Below, in pieces: positions 24,479 to 40,872 of a stretch of DNA of 64,000 nucleotides (positions within the stretch are counted from its first letter, which is position 1; every line of letters starts with the position of its first letter). This DNA comes from Eledone cirrhosa (taxonomy: Eukaryota): contig OZ024749.1 in the NCBI GenBank assembly GCA_964016885.1, positions 1,736,001-1,800,000 on the forward strand. The letters run 5' to 3'. The notes beneath the pieces are model-generated. The model saw only the letters and a list, made by a program, of their open reading frames with translations, was not told where the DNA came from and ran no database searches. Made by a program: the position numbers and the translations under genes.

Positions 24479-24753
24479 GATATTAAATAAATGGAAACTA
24501 TATTTATAAAACCATATTTATTTCACTATATATATTTCAGGGATATCATATTAACAATATGCTATGCCTTCCTCAGACAAAATACAATATAGACAGTTTT
24601 ATAGATAAATATATTTGACATACCGTTCAACATCGACTTGTATTTGAAAAGGCATAGGAAGGCATAGCATATTGTTAATATGATATCCCTGAAATATATA
24701 TAGTGAAATAAATATGGTTTTATAAATATAGTTTCCATTTATTTAATATCGTA
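24476..24753. repeat. Inverted repeat (98-bp arms 24476-24573 and 24656-24753) carrying a hammerhead-like motif at 24521-24582 (-)
   Basis: Arms are reverse complements; minus strand ttttgt CTGAGGA aggcatagcatatt gtt aatatgatatccct GAAA TATATA TA gtgaaa; deleted relative at 21391-21480. Confidence 0.85.
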
Positions 24754-25190
24754 AATATACTCCAAATACTTGTTGAGTGCTTTTATATCAGTTATAAATA
24801 TTTACTAGTTGTAACCCAACAATTTAAATATAACTTTCCATATATATATATATATATATTTGTGTATATGTGTATGGAGAGATATGCATGTGTGTATATA
24901 TAGATTTTACGTTATTATTGAGTACATGTGTGAGTGTGCGCGTGTGTGTGGGTGCATATGAGAGCAAAAGATCACGTATTTCCATGTAGACGCACATACA
25001 CTTATGTGAGAATGTATACGTCTACGTACTATTACGTATAAACGTGTGTTTGAGTGTGTGTATGTTTATGTTCTGTATATTTATTTATATTTTTTTCCCC
25101 CTCAATTTTTGCCCGATTTTTGATTTCAGCCTCACTTTCATATTTCCTAAATTTTGTTTGCAAATCCATATTTAATAAACATTCCATGTT

Positions 25191-25254
25191 ATTCATTCTG
25201 ACGACTGAAGACATATGTAAATATCTGTCTTCAAGAAACCACTGGTAAATGAAT
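25191..25254 (+). ncRNA. Type-I hammerhead ribozyme with intact core
   Basis: attcatt CTGACGA c tgaagaca tatgtaaatatc tgtcttca a GAA ACCA C TGGT A aatgaat. 7-bp stem I, 8-bp stem II, GUA after 25247. Confidence 0.88.
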
Positions 25255-25544
25255 TAATTATCTTATGTTGTTTATTACATAACTATATATATATACACAC
25301 ACATATACAGAATAGAGGTAACGTCTGTATTAAGTTGAGTTTAAATTCTGTTGCGGCCAACTTTGTCCTTTGTCCTCCTGGGCTTGATAAACTAAAGTCG
25401 TGGGGCGGGGGATTTATTTGACTTCATAATATTCTCACTCAGGAAACTATATCAACATTTCAATTTCAAGAGAACACTTTAAAGGGAAGTAACTCTGTGT
25501 GAAAACTTTACGCTTTCAAGGGAAGCTACTCTAAAAATCATAAA

Positions 25545-26200
25545 TGTGTATGAAGGGCAGTTGCAAAACTATTTAGGAATGTCGTCTAGAACATAAACAA
25601 CTGAAGCGTCAGCTCTGGAACAGTTGTGCTCACAGTCTTGATGAAGTCATCAGTAGGACATGCACATTCTGTCAGCGTGTACCCCTCTCAAAGGTTGGTT
25701 GTGTTAATCACCTGAAGTTACATAACAGGATAACCACCTGCAACACCACTCAACAAAGACCTGGTCACACAACGTGATAAGCAACAAAGTGTGTACAACT
25801 AGTTCCGGACTAAAAAAACACATGCTGGTACATAAAGATTGTGTCTGACAGGGTGACACCACTGGTCCTGTGGAAATCACAACACTCTTCTGTCAACTGT
25901 GTCGTAAACCATGCAGATCTACAGCTGGACTACAAAGTCACCTACAGGGTGACCCCACCAAGTCCTGTGGAAATCACAACTCCCTTCTGTCAACTGTGTC
26001 GTAAACCATGTAGATCTACAGCTGGACTACAAAGTCACCTACGAAGTCAGGGACGCAGATGGGATAAAAAAAGAATCAATAAGAGACGGCAATCGTCTGT
26101 GAAGACGCAGCAATCCTCCTCATGTATGTATGTATGTATGTATGTATGTATGTATGTATGTATGTATGTATGTATGTATGTATGTATGTATGTATGTATG
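25545..26200 (+). mobile_element. RTE-like LINE 3' end with C-terminal zinc finger and (ATGT)n tail
   Basis: CQLCRKPCRSTAGLQSHLRS, tandemly duplicated at about 25848-26043, followed by (TATG)n. Confidence 0.7.
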
Positions 26201-26202
26201 TT

Positions 26203-26955
26203 TCTGGAGATCTCTCTGCACTTGTCGTCACATGATACCATGGGCCCAGCACTATATGTCAGTAATTGTCACAGGTGTAGTGTTTGTACCAGAGTTTTCA
26301 AGTCGCTGGCTGGACTGACAAGTCACACTCGTTCAGCGCATCGGTAGGTGTTCTCCTATATGGATATAAAGTAGTAGCCGTACTCGAAAATGAGTTGGCA
26401 GCCACCATGTATGTATGTATGTTTAGTCGACCAAGGTTTCTTGGTGAGGAGGGTGACTTTGGACATCCTGCAGGACTAAAACCAAAACCTGTCAAAGGGC
26501 AAAGGAGCTCTTAAGAGTCAATGGCCATCCAAAATCAGCGGGAGAGATGACCCCCTAGCCTTTGTCAAGGCAGAATTCTAGGAGAAGGAAAACTCTGATA
26601 TAACACCTGCAACCCTGATGGTATCCAATGATGTTGACTTGTTCTTCTTTTTGGTAAATATCATCTTGGTTAAGAGAGTGGGACTGGCTTTGTGCAGTGC
26701 CTTTGCTCACTATAAAAGCTTCACGGCACAGGCATTGCTTTATATCTGGAGATCTCTCTGCACTTGTCGTCACATGGTACCATGGGCCCAGCACTATGTG
26801 TCAATAATTGTCACAAGTGTAGTGTTTGTACCAGAGTTTTCATGTCGCAGGCTGGACTAAAAAGTCACACTCGTTCAGCGCATCGGTAGGGTTTCTCCTA
26901 CATGGATATAAAGTAGTGGCCGTACTCGAAAACGAGTTGGCAGCCACTATGTATG
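26203..26955 (+). mobile_element. Tandem RTE-derived non-autonomous elements (3' end 26203-26420, then bipartite copy 26422-26955)
   Basis: Duplicated 3' module encoding CSVCTRVFKSLAGLTSHTRSAH* with atgt tail; 5' module with ggagaaggaaaactctga shared with 36123-36660. Confidence 0.7.
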
Positions 26956-27176
26956 TTCTTCTGGTTTTATAATTTCACAAAGTTTTACCAATAGAGAGAG
27001 AGTCGGTTTCTAACATAGACACAAGACTCTCTCATTGGAATTTACACATCAACTAGATAGATATGTATGCATGCATGTGTAGATATGGATGTTATTGTAG
27101 GTGTGGATGTGTATGGTTTGAGTTGTATGTGTGCATGTGTATATGCTTTGTATCTGTACATGTGTATATGCAGTTA

Positions 27177-29130
27177 TTAGATGCAACATTTTTGGAATGT
27201 TTTACATATTTTTACTGTTCCATTAATGGATTGTACTTGTAGTTTCCTAACTAGTTGTGTTCTTTCTGTTCCTGTGAAGCCTAGCTTCTCAAGATTTGTA
27301 TTGAGGCAGTTACTAACATATCCCAGTGCCCCAATAATCACAGGCATAAATCTGAAGGTGTAATCTGCAGATTTCTCATCAGTTCTGCATAAATATTCTC
27401 CTTTTCACTAATCTTTGATATTATATTGGCATCTGCTGGGCAGCTAATTTCGACTATTGTGCATGTTTTCTTCTCCCTGTCCCATATCATAATATCTGGT
27501 CTGTTATGCCTGCATTTTATGGGGTTTTTACTGGAACATTCCACCAGTACTCTTTCATATTATGTATATGGGTGTCTTCCACATTGTTGTAGCTTTTAAT
27601 GTGTTTATTATCGGGGCTATCTTTTTTACGAACTGCATTGTACAGTGTTTTGGCTACTACATCATGCCTCATAGGTAGATAATACCACGATGACATCTTT
27701 GGACAGCTGTTGATGACATGGGTGATATCCTCGATGTTAGTTCTGCAGAGTCTGCACTTGTTATCACATCTAGGTGTTTTGCCTGCATCCCTATCTCTTT
27801 TGTGAATCAGGTATTTCGCGCTAATCTCCTGTTCCTGGATTGCAAAAGCGTATCCTTCAAAGTGGGAGCCAATATAGCGGTTGTTGGTCCAAGATAGACT
27901 ACTTTCCTTATCTATATTACTCTCATCCTGGAGCTTCCTGGCAACATATCCATGCATGATTTTTTGCTGATAGGCATGTAGTTTTTCATCCATGGATTCA
28001 CTGCGATACTGCTGAGCGACATCCCTGGGTGTGAGTTTTTGATTATCACACAGGGAATATCTCTCAAGGAGTTTCTTCCCAACTCTCATGATCTTATCTG
28101 TTTCATGCAGATAGACTTGCTCGAGAAACGGGCTCCTACGCTTCGAGGTTCGTAGATGTTGTCGGAGAGATATGATGCGACATTCAAATGTTGTCTGGAC
28201 TGATGTTAGGCCTCTGCCTCCCTGCTTACGTTTCAAGTAAAGGCGGTCTATGTCACTGTTGATGTGGAAGTTTCCGGTGTTGTTCAGAATTTTTGGAGTT
28301 CCAACATCAACTGCTCGGATTTCGTCTATCGTCCAATTGAGTATTCCAAACGTTGGTGTTAGGACAGGCACAGCAAACACATTGTGAGCCACTGTTTTGT
28401 TTTGCGCAGAGAGTTCCGATGACCAGATCTTTCTTAATCGGGTGTAGTATTCCCTGGTTACGCGTTCTTTATTACAGATACCATTATAGGATATGTTCTC
28501 ATCTATCCTCAGGTATCTGTAGCAGTCCTCATCAGATATCGGTGAAACAGTTAGACCATTGATGACAATGTTGCTAGATTGGGTTGTTGTTTTTCCCCGT
28601 TTTACAGTCATGTATGAGCATTTATCTTGGCCAAACTCCATTCCTACATTCCTATATCCTTTGAGAACGTTGTAACCAGGTCAAGATTTTTCTTCATCCC
28701 ATCCATGTTCTTGGCATAGAGTTTCAGATCGTCCACAAAGAAGTTATGGGTTAGGTTCGTATTTCTGTCCTCCTGTGAGCCAATGATGTATCCCTCAAAT
28801 TTCTTGAGCAGAAAGGACAAGGGGTTTAATGACAAGATGAACAATATCACAGAGAAATATACCCCTGCAATATTTTATTTTATCAGTGAAAATAGAGTCC
28901 TCCCTCTCTGTCTTTAACCTTAGGATAGTAGCCCAAGAAGAAGACAGCCTCTCTATGGCTCTGACAATAATGTCTGGGACTTTAGCAAGAGTGGGGAACA
29001 GAATCGAATGCTTTCCTGTAGTCCAGTCAGACTGTAGTCATATTCCTCCTAAGTTGTCGCACCTCCGACATCGCAGTTTTGTTGATTAAGAGTTGTTCAG
29101 CACATCCCCAAACCCCTTTCTTGCGTGTTC
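27177..29130 (-). mobile_element. R4/Dong-like non-LTR retrotransposon with restriction-like endonuclease, 5'-truncated and frameshifted
   Basis: DYRKAFDSVPH, NFFVDDLKLY, RLYLKRKQGGRGL, FAIQEQEI, CRLC..EDITHVINSC (CCHC), RHD, NRPDIMIWD..IVEISCP, PVIIGALG. Confidence 0.92.
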
Positions 29131-29423
29131 GTTACTCGAAGCACCAATCGTCATCGGAGATGTTTTATGTCCGTAAGCTGATTTGGTCGTGATGAGAGGC
29201 GTTCGTGAACCGGTATTCCACAGTATTTGAATTTAATTGATTAGAGGGAAGTAACTCTTTAATTGGTTAGAGGGAAGTAACTCTTCAGCAAGGGAAGATA
29301 CTCTGTTCGCAGAAAGATACACGCACACACACATATATATATAAACAACCCTTTTCGAGTTCTCTTTGTATTTTGGTCTCAGTATCTATTATTTATACTA
29401 TAGAAACCAGTCGAGTAAATAGT

Positions 29424-29614
29424 ATAATTGTTTCTACTTTTGGCACAAGACCAGCAATTACCCAGTGCATTACTGGTACTTTATTTTATCGACACCGTAA
29501 GGATGAAAGGCAAAGTTAACCTCAGCTGGATTTGAACCCAGAATGGCAAGGGCCGCAACTCTATGCATCAAAGCATGGCGTCGGACACTCTACCGATACT
29601 GCCAATCGACCGCC
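29424..29614 (-). mobile_element. SINE S1, full length
   Basis: Reverse complement of the 19741-19930 copy. Confidence 0.9.
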
Positions 29615-30217
29615 TTGAACCTCCTAAATGATTTAGTCCTGGTATATAAGCATTTCTAACATTAATTTTTACCTAATTATGTATGGTTGACCGTGTATTT
29701 AATTAATTTCCACGTGCTGTCGAAATGTTGGGTAAATATTCTATAGCGGTTGCACGATAGAGTATTTATTTACTGTTTCTTCATAGATGCCTTTTATTCT
29801 TATAGCCTGGTCTAATTGATTTTTTGTGTGGTTAATTATGCTGATTGGGAGTAGAGATGATGTATATATATATTATCAAATAATTCTCTGGACATGCTTT
29901 ACTCTATAGTATATATATGCTATTGTTCTCCACGCCCCACTTATGACGTATTATCCTCGTTTTTTTCGTTCATTGCCAGAGAACCTCTCTATGAACCACC
30001 TAAGAGAACATTAGTCTACGACCTCTTTTATACCATAAACGTGGTTCTGTCTTTGCGCGTAATTGTTTTTCACCGCTCCTATTAATGACGTATTATTCGT
30101 TTTTTCCCGTTCTTTGCCAGGGAACGTTACCACGAACCAAAGTATCGTCTTCCTGTCTTCCTCCGGTTGCAACGTTTTTTTAAATATCCACTTCTGCGGT
30201 TACAGATTGACTTTGTT

Positions 30218-30268
30218 AGTTTCAGAAGATCCCGTTAAGGGTGAAAGCAGCGATTCTTTGCTTAAACT
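30218..30268 (+). ncRNA. Hammerhead-like motif with CAGAAGA (U4A) core, family H2, in element about 29930-30287
   Basis: agttt CAGAAGA t ccc gttaa ggg t GAA AGCA gcgattctt TGCT T aaact; copies at 37558-37608 (-) and 38035-38085 (+). Confidence 0.65.
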
Positions 30269-30279
30269 TTAATCTGTTA

Positions 30280-30324
<45 letters not shown>

Positions 30325-30495
30325 GGATTAACAAATAATAGTTAAATGCAGTCCACTTAGGTGAAGTCCAGTTATGGTATTCCAGGTAGTGGATGATATT
30401 AACGCTTGGCTTGGTTTGACTCAACAAGGCGTTTTCATAGTGATGCTGCGGGTATGCCGTAATTCCTATGTTGTAAACACTTGGAGTAATAATAA

Positions 30496-31042
<547 letters not shown>

Positions 31043-31589
31043 TATCTTTAATATCTTTAATATTACGGTTGTTTAAATAGATACACTACTTTTTATAAAA
31101 TGTTATCTATTTCAGTCTTTCTATATATATTTTTTATATTTTTTTAAAAATTTCTTTTACTTCTTTATTTATCACATCCATAAGAATTAATATAATTTTA
31201 ACTCTGTAAGTACACCTAACAATTAATTTAATTTCCCTTTATGTATCTAGGTTCCTTAAAATTTAAGCGGAGTAGTATTTCTCACTAACACTCTCATCCC
31301 ACATAAAATTATTTTCCCTATGCTTTTAACAACATTATTTAATAACATCGATTTTTTTTGGGGGGATCCTTCACTATCTCATTAACTTGACCTCATTTTA
31401 ACCCCTACCTTTCTCTTCCCCATTCTTTTCATTCAAAGCATACATTTTACATTCCGCCACTCCTAGCATAACATTTCAACTACGGTTATTCTATCAACTT
31501 GACCTCTAACTTTTCTATTGGTCAATTCACAACCTGTTCCCTAACAGACTTTTTGTATTAATACTTTGCTTCTTTCAATAAACATATTT

Positions 31590-31702
31590 CATCATTTCTG
31601 AAGATGGCATGATAATTTGTAATATTATTTTTACATAGATCTTTAATATGATATACATACCAACTTACACATATATATCCCAGAAACGATCGTAAAATGC
31701 TG
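31590..31702 (+). ncRNA. Type-I hammerhead ribozyme with long stem II insert
   Basis: catcattt CTGAAGA tgg ... cca GAA A CGATCG T A aaatgctg. Stem I 7 of 8 paired, palindromic CGATCG, GUA after 31694. Confidence 0.8.
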
Positions 31703-31754
31703 ATTTTTTTAAATATAAGGAACCTGTTCTTTGTTTTTATTTCACTGTTTTTAT

Positions 31755-31802
<48 letters not shown>

Positions 31803-32494
31803 TGAATGCATACATATATAAGAGACCGAGTGAAGTTTGGAATTTAGTAGAACTAGAAGCTTTCGCCGTATTTTGATTAACAACATTAGCCTGATAGTGG
31901 GGTTTAAAACCCTCTAAAGATGGAAAACGATGAGTATATATCATTTAAGTATAAATGATATATGTATATATATATATAGAGAGAGAAAGGACCATATATC
32001 CACGAGAAAACACAATATACTGTATATAGACAGAACAAAAGCTCCCTATAGCGCTATTTCGGGTTGTGTAAACTATACGTTAAACGTTGTATGGCATTAT
32101 ATATACATCATTACGGGGTCGTTAAAATAAAGTACCAGTAATGCACTGGGTAATTGCTGGCCTTGTGCCTAAAGTAGAAACAATTATATATACATCATAT
32201 ATGAAATGCCATCATGATGTTTTCACCTCACACCTTGAAATGTCTGCGGTATATAGAAATAACTAAGTTCCCCACCCCAACTATAAACACAATAACTATA
32301 ACAATGAAAGCTCGCCCCTTTCTATATTGTTTTACAATGACGATATACTGTAAAAGACATTCTCGATATTTAAGTGGACGCTGAATTCTCCACAATATTC
32401 CACTCTTTCTAATGCGCCATTTTAGTTTCAATTTAATGTTGAAATAATCAAGAAGTCGTAGAGTTGAAGTCATATGATTATTAAATCGTGTTTA

Positions 32495-32773
32495 AAAGAA
32501 GGCACTCCGTCGGTTACGACGAAAAATGTTCCAGTTGATCCGATCAACAGTGGCTGAGCATTCCACAGACACGCGTACCCTTAACATAGTTCTCAGGGAG
32601 ATTCGGCGTGACACAGAATGTGACAAAGCTGGCCCTTTGAATTGCAGGTACAACTCATTTTTGCCAGCTGAGTATATTGGAGCAGCGGGAAATAAACTGT
32701 CTTGCTCAAGGACACAGTGCGCCGCCGCGAATAAACTTACGACCGAATTCCCTAACCACAAAGCCACGCGCCT
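32495..32773 (-). mobile_element. SINE S2-type copy
   Basis: Minus strand ggcgcgtggctttgtggttaggg...ctgtgtccttgagcaagacagtttatttc... Confidence 0.78.
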
Positions 32774-33015
32774 TCACAAAACTCGTGTTTAATGGTGGTG
32801 GAAAGCTAGAATCGGTAGAGCGTCCGCCGGATAAAATGCGTTGCTTTAATTTTTTCGGCATTTTACATACATTTTATCTGTTCATTTTTTTGAGGTTGAT
32901 AAAACCAAATACTCATACCGGTGAAATACTTCATACAACATAACATTGCTGGCCTTGTGTCAACAATATACCAATATAATCGCATTGTGTATTTGTCTGT
33001 CACACACTAGACATG

Positions 33016-33390
33016 GCTGAGGAAGGAAGGGTGATGACGTCGACTGAGGAAGGAAGGGGTGATTACGTCGACTGAGGAAGGAAGAGGTGATAATGTCGAT
33101 TGAGGAAGGAAGGAGTGATTACGTCGACTAAGGAAGGAAGGGGTGATAATGTCGATTGAGGAAAGAAGGGGTGATTACGTCGACTGAGGAAGGAAGCGGT
33201 GATGACGTCGACTGAGGAAGGAAGGGGTGATTACGTCGACTGAGGAAGGAAGAGGTGATAATGTCGATTGAGGAAAGAAGGGGTGATTACGTCGACTGAG
33301 GAAGGAAGGGGTGATAATGTCGATTGAGGAAGGAAGGAGTGATTACGTCGACTGAGGAAAGGAGGAGTGATTACATCGATTGGGGAAGGA
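33016..33390. repeat. 28-bp purine-rich minisatellite (gtcgactgaggaaggaaggggtgattac)
   Basis: About 13 tandem copies. Confidence 0.93.
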
Positions 33391-33570
33391 GATGGATTAG
33401 AAACTAAAGGAGTCCAGCGTTCTAAGATTCCTCACAGCTGTGTGTTTGTATGTTTGTATCACTTGTGTGAGTCAACGCGAAGGAACCATTCAACAAACAT
33501 CTCTTTTTTATATTATGTATAGATATTACAATTAGCCGTCATTTTTGACGGCATGGGGCCAGCTAGTATA

Positions 33571-33762
33571 ATAATTGTTTCTACATTTGACACAAGGCCA
33601 GCAATTATCCAAGTGCATTACTGGTACTTTATTTTATCGACCCCGTAAGGATGAAAGGCAAAGTTAACCTCGGCAGGGTTTGAACTCAGATCATGAAGGG
33701 CCGTAACTCTTTGCTGTAAAGCATGACGTCCGACCCTCTACCGATACTGCCAATTCGCTGCC
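33571..33762 (-). mobile_element. SINE S1, full length
   Basis: Reverse complement of the S1 sequence, including head and tail. Confidence 0.9.
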
Positions 33763-34191
33763 CAAGTGTATGTTGATTTTGACATTTAATAAACAAATAA
33801 CTCGTGTTTGTAGTACACCTTAAGAACGCTGCGTTCATGAGATTGAAGGGTCTTCGATAATTATAAACAGTATAAAATAAAGAGCTTAGTTTTGTAGAAC
33901 CAGACGACGCGTCTCCTGTCAGTTTGGTTGTAAAAGGTTTAATCAAAATATGAAATAAAGGAAAGAGAAAACTCGTGCAACAGATGTTGTCAAAATCTTT
34001 ATTTTATTTAAAAACGATATAATCGTTATGCTTTACAAAATCTTGTAATGTTCGTTTGTTCGTTTGCCATCGTATCGACATTTTTATATATATTTATATA
34101 AATACAAACAGGGGGAGAAAATAGTTTAAAAAAGAAACTAAAAAAAAAATGGTGAGAAATCTTTTTGTCACGGCAAAAACATCTATATTTT

Positions 34192-34233
<42 letters not shown>

Positions 34234-34255
34234 TATATGTATATATTTATGTATG

Positions 34256-34294
<39 letters not shown>

Positions 34295-34743
34295 GTAAAT
34301 ATGTATATATATATATAAATGTATATATGTGTATATATATGTGTGTATATATTTATGTGTGTATATATATGTGTATATATTTATATATGTATATATATGT
34401 ATATGTATATATTTATATATGTATATACATATATGTGTATATATATATATACATATATATATATGTGTATATATATGTATATGAATATTTATGTATATAT
34501 ATATACATATTTATGTATATATATATGTTTATACATATGTATATATATATGTATATACATATTTATGTATATATATATATGTATATAAATATGTGTATAT
34601 ACATACCTGTATATAAATGTGTATATATATATGTATTTATCTATGTATATATATGTATATATATATATGTATATGTATATATGTATATATATATGAATAT
34701 GTATATATGTATATATGTATGTATATGTATATATATATATATG

Positions 34744-34783
<40 letters not shown>

Positions 34784-34810
34784 CAGATATGTATATATAT
34801 ATATATATAT

Positions 34811-34903
<93 letters not shown>

Positions 34904-35118
34904 TATATGATTATACATATATATATGTATGCATATACGTATATATATATATGTATATATATATACATATGTATATGTATATACATATATAGATATATAT
35001 ATGTATTTACATATATATACATACACATATATATCTATATATATACATATATATATATATATATGTATATATATAATTATATATCAACACACACACATAC
35101 ATATATATATATATATTC

Positions 35119-35165
<47 letters not shown>

Positions 35166-35419
35166 TCGATATACATGTATTCAATATTATATAAATAGGC
35201 ACACTTCTAAAAATCTGAAATATATTTTGTGGGGAGAAATGCTTTAGTGACACAGCGCCATGATTGCTGCTATCAGAATTACTTGAATTTTAAATGTTTC
35301 ATATCTTTCCTGGCTCAATACGTAGGTTATTGAAAATAGCCCCTAGTCTAATTGGAATATATTGTATGTACATACATACATACATACATACATATATACA
35401 TACATACATACATACATAC

Positions 35420-35477
<58 letters not shown>

Positions 35478-35521
35478 CATACATACATACATATATATAT
35501 ATATACATACATACATACATA

Positions 35522-35593
<72 letters not shown>

Positions 35594-35611
35594 TATATAT
35601 ACATATGTATA

Positions 35612-35656
<45 letters not shown>

Positions 35657-35743
35657 GTATGAATATATATATATTAATATGTATATATATATATGTATAT
35701 ATATGTGTATATATGTATGTATATATATATATATATATATATA

Positions 35744-35814
<71 letters not shown>

Positions 35815-36122
35815 CTATATGTATATATATGTGTGTATATGTATATATATATGTATATATATATGTATATATATATATGTATATGTGTATATATATGTGT
35901 ATATATATGTGTATATATATATATGTATATATATATATGTATATGTGTATATATATATATACATATATGTATATGTGTATGTATATATATGTATATGTGT
36001 ATATATTTATAGATATATGTATATATATGTATATGTGTATATATATATATGTATATATATATATAAGTATATATATATCTATATGCATATATATTTATGT
36101 ATATATTTATATATGTATATAT

Positions 36123-36658
36123 GTCGGGTCACTCTTGCGTGCTACTGGTAACATGTAACCCAGTACAACTTGTCACATGGTCGGGTCCTCGGCGACTAAA
36201 CCGGCAACGCCACCAAGTTTATTTGGTGAGGAGGGTGATTTTGGATGGACACCCTTCATCACAAAAAACAAAACCTGACAAAGGGCGGATGAACTCATAA
36301 GTGTCAACGGCCATCCAGAAGTGTGTAAATATGTATATACACATGTACGGCGCGGTTAAACCACTGGGAGTGAAGGACCCCTTGCCTTTGTCAGGGCATT
36401 CTTATAGGAGAAGGCAACTCAGGAAACTGGGACAACTCAGATATAAAACCTGCGGCTCAGTAGTTACCGATGATGTCGATCTTTTCTTCTTTTCAGGTTA
36501 TAGCTACTGTCACTCAGAGAGTGGGATTGGCTCAGTGCACAGTCTCTTCTCACTTTAAAAAATATCTTCACGCACAGGCAATGCACGACAGAATTAATTA
36601 ATAATTATTAATAATCGTGCAATGGCCATACTCGATAACGAGGCAGCAGCCATCATAC

Positions 36659-36660
<2 letters not shown>
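36123..36660 (+). mobile_element. Bipartite RTE-derived non-autonomous retroelement inserted in (TA)n
   Basis: 5' module homologous to 26425-26740; short 3' module ggccatactcgataacgaggcagcagccatcat resembles tagccgtactcgaaaatgagttggcagccaccat. Confidence 0.7.
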
Positions 36661-36733
<73 letters not shown>

Positions 36734-36881
36734 TATATATATATATATATATAAGTATATATATATATATATATACACGTATATACGTATATATATACGT
36801 ATACATATATAAGTATATATATATATATATGTATATACATATATGTATATATAAATATATGTATATACTTATATGTATATG

Positions 36882-36915
<34 letters not shown>

Positions 36916-36995
36916 AGTTTGCGAGTGAGTGTGATCTCTTATTAATTCTGGCAATATTATTACACAAATATGACCCTCCCCAAGTATAACAATAC

Positions 36996-37083
<88 letters not shown>

Positions 37084-37228
37084 CATATATGTATATATAT
37101 ATATTGGCAACATGACCCTCCCAAAGTATAACAATATATATATATATATGTTTATATATGTATATATATATATATGTATATATATGTATATAAGTATATA
37201 TATGTATATATATATATGTATATATATG

Positions 37229-37260
<32 letters not shown>

Positions 37261-37334
37261 TATGTGTGTATATATATATATGAATGTATAAATATATATA
37301 TATACATATATATATATGAATATATATATATATG

Positions 37335-37382
<48 letters not shown>

Positions 37383-37469
37383 TATGTGTGTATATATATA
37401 TGAATGTATAAATATATATATATATACATATATATATATGAATATATATATATATGTATATATATATAT

Positions 37470-37533
<64 letters not shown>

Positions 37534-37534
37534 T

Positions 37535-38108
37535 TATTTATTAAAATAACAGATTAAAGTTTAAGTAAAGAATCGATGCTTTCACCCTTAACGGGATCTT
37601 CTGAAACTATAAAAAATCAATGTGTGAAAGCAGAGGTAAATATTTCGAAAAAATTTGCAGCCGAAGGGAAAAAGGAAGATGATACTTTGGTTCGTGAAGA
37701 CGTTCCCTGGCAATGAACGAACAAAGGCGATGATATTTACGTCGGTGTATGGAGCGACGAGAACAACACATTAAACTCCGGAGCTGAGAATCATTCGGTT
37801 TCCTAAATAGAGTATTGGTCTAATGAATTCATTTATACCATAAAGGTGGTATTGGTTTTGTGTCTTTGCGTGAAATTGTTCTTATCGCTCCACATAACGC
37901 TGTAATTATCCTCGTTTTTTCCCGTTCATTGCCAGGGAATATCGCCACGAACCAAAGTATCGTTTTTTCGTTTTCCTTCAGTTGCAACCTTTTTTCGAAA
38001 TATTTACTTCTGCGTCCACAGATTGTTTTTTTTTAGTTTCAGAAGATCCCGTTAAGGGTGAAAACAGCGATTCTCTGCTTAAACTTTAATCTGTTATTTT
38101 AATAAATA
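37535..38108. mobile_element. Inverted pair of family H2 units (diverged arms about 230 bp)
   Basis: tatttattaaaataacagattaaagtttaag... versus ...cttaaactttaatctgttattttaataaata; a CAGAAGA motif in each arm. Confidence 0.85.
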
Positions 38109-38204
38109 TTTGCTCTAGGTTTCTTTTAAATATATTTTTTATGTATTTATTATCCTTATCGAGCCATCTTTGGATTTAGTCTTCACATTTATTTTTATTA
38201 TTAC

Positions 38205-38244
<40 letters not shown>

Positions 38245-38248
38245 CACC

Positions 38249-38318
<70 letters not shown>

Positions 38319-38319
38319 C

Positions 38320-38374
<55 letters not shown>

Positions 38375-38375
38375 C

Positions 38376-38436
<61 letters not shown>

Positions 38437-38483
38437 TATATATATATATACATATATATATATACATATATATACATATATAC

Positions 38484-38519
<36 letters not shown>

Positions 38520-38608
38520 GGCTGCAGTAATATTCCATTGAAGATGCTGAACGGCTCATAGTTTCAGTGTTTCTACTGTTAACAATAGACTGACATTATT
38601 ATTGTATT

Positions 38609-38898
38609 GTGGTGGTGTAGTCTGCGCTAACCTACCAATATTTCTGTCTTGGGGTGGTGTAGTCTGCGCTAACCTACCAATATTTCTGTCTTGGGGTGGT
38701 GTAGTGTTGTGCTAACCTACCAATATTTCTGTCTTGGGGTGGTGTAGTCTGCGCTAACCTACCAATATTTCTGTCTTGGGGTGGTGTAGTGTTGTGCTAA
38801 CCTACCAATATTTCTGTCTTGGGGTGGTGTAGTGTTGTGCTAACCTACCAATATTTCTGTCTTGGGGGTGGTGTAGTGTTGTGCTAACCTACCAATAT
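38609..38898. repeat. 42-43-bp minisatellite (ggtggtgtagtctgcgctaacctaccaatatttctgtcttgg)
   Basis: About 7 tandem copies. Confidence 0.93.
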
Positions 38899-39027
38899 CT
38901 TTATTTAAAGGGTTACAGGTGGATAAGTTGAAAAATAAAGAAGTGAAAACATATTTATATCTGACTGTCTCAATGTGTGAACGTATGCAAATATGTGATT
39001 GAGCTTGTTTATGTATACCAATGTATG

Positions 39028-39068
<41 letters not shown>

Positions 39069-39077
39069 ATATACATA

Positions 39078-39124
<47 letters not shown>

Positions 39125-39133
39125 ATATACATA

Positions 39134-39177
<44 letters not shown>

Positions 39178-39193
39178 CGTTTGTATATACATA

Positions 39194-39242
<49 letters not shown>

Positions 39243-39248
39243 ATATAC

Positions 39249-39830
<582 letters not shown>

Positions 39831-39903
39831 ATTACTAGTATATATATGTATGCTCGATAAGGATAATAAATATGGATATATATACACATATCCATATATA
39901 TCC

Positions 39904-39937
<34 letters not shown>

Positions 39938-40052
39938 GTATATGTATATATATATACATAAGTATCTATATATGCATATATATGGATACGTGAGCAGCAC
40001 TTTACACAAAGTTATATACATAAATACATACATGCATATATATATAAATATG

Positions 40053-40119
<67 letters not shown>

Positions 40120-40194
40120 CACACACACATATATATATACATATATATATATATATGGATATATATGTACATATATATATGTATGTATATACAT

Positions 40195-40251
<57 letters not shown>

Positions 40252-40373
40252 TGTATATACATATACATACATATATATATATATATCTATATATATATAT
40301 ATATAAATATATAGATAGATACATATATCCATCTCTCTCTCTTTATATATATATATACATACATACATATATC

Positions 40374-40435
<62 letters not shown>

Positions 40436-40491
40436 TACATATATCTATGTATATATATATATATACATATGTATGCATATATATATCTATG

Positions 40492-40526
<35 letters not shown>

Positions 40527-40527
40527 C

Positions 40528-40579
<52 letters not shown>

Positions 40580-40816
40580 GATATATATATACATATAACT
40601 ATGTATGCATATGTATATACATATAGATATATATACATATATATACATATATCTATATCTATATATATATCTATATCTATATATATATATATGGATATAT
40701 ATGTACATATATATATATATAGATACATATATTTATGTATATATATATATATAATGTATGGAGATATATGTATATATATATATATACACACATATATCTA
40801 TGTATGTATATATATC

Positions 40817-40872
<56 letters not shown>

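Noticed and set aside
33016-33390. Repeated CTGAGGA as tandem hammerheads
   Set aside because: No paired stems or GAAA-stem III-UH arrangement in the 28-bp unit
36123-36235. HDV-like or twister ribozyme at the RTE-derived 5' end
   Set aside because: Contains tcctcg and ctaa, but I could not build the required pseudoknot pairings by eye
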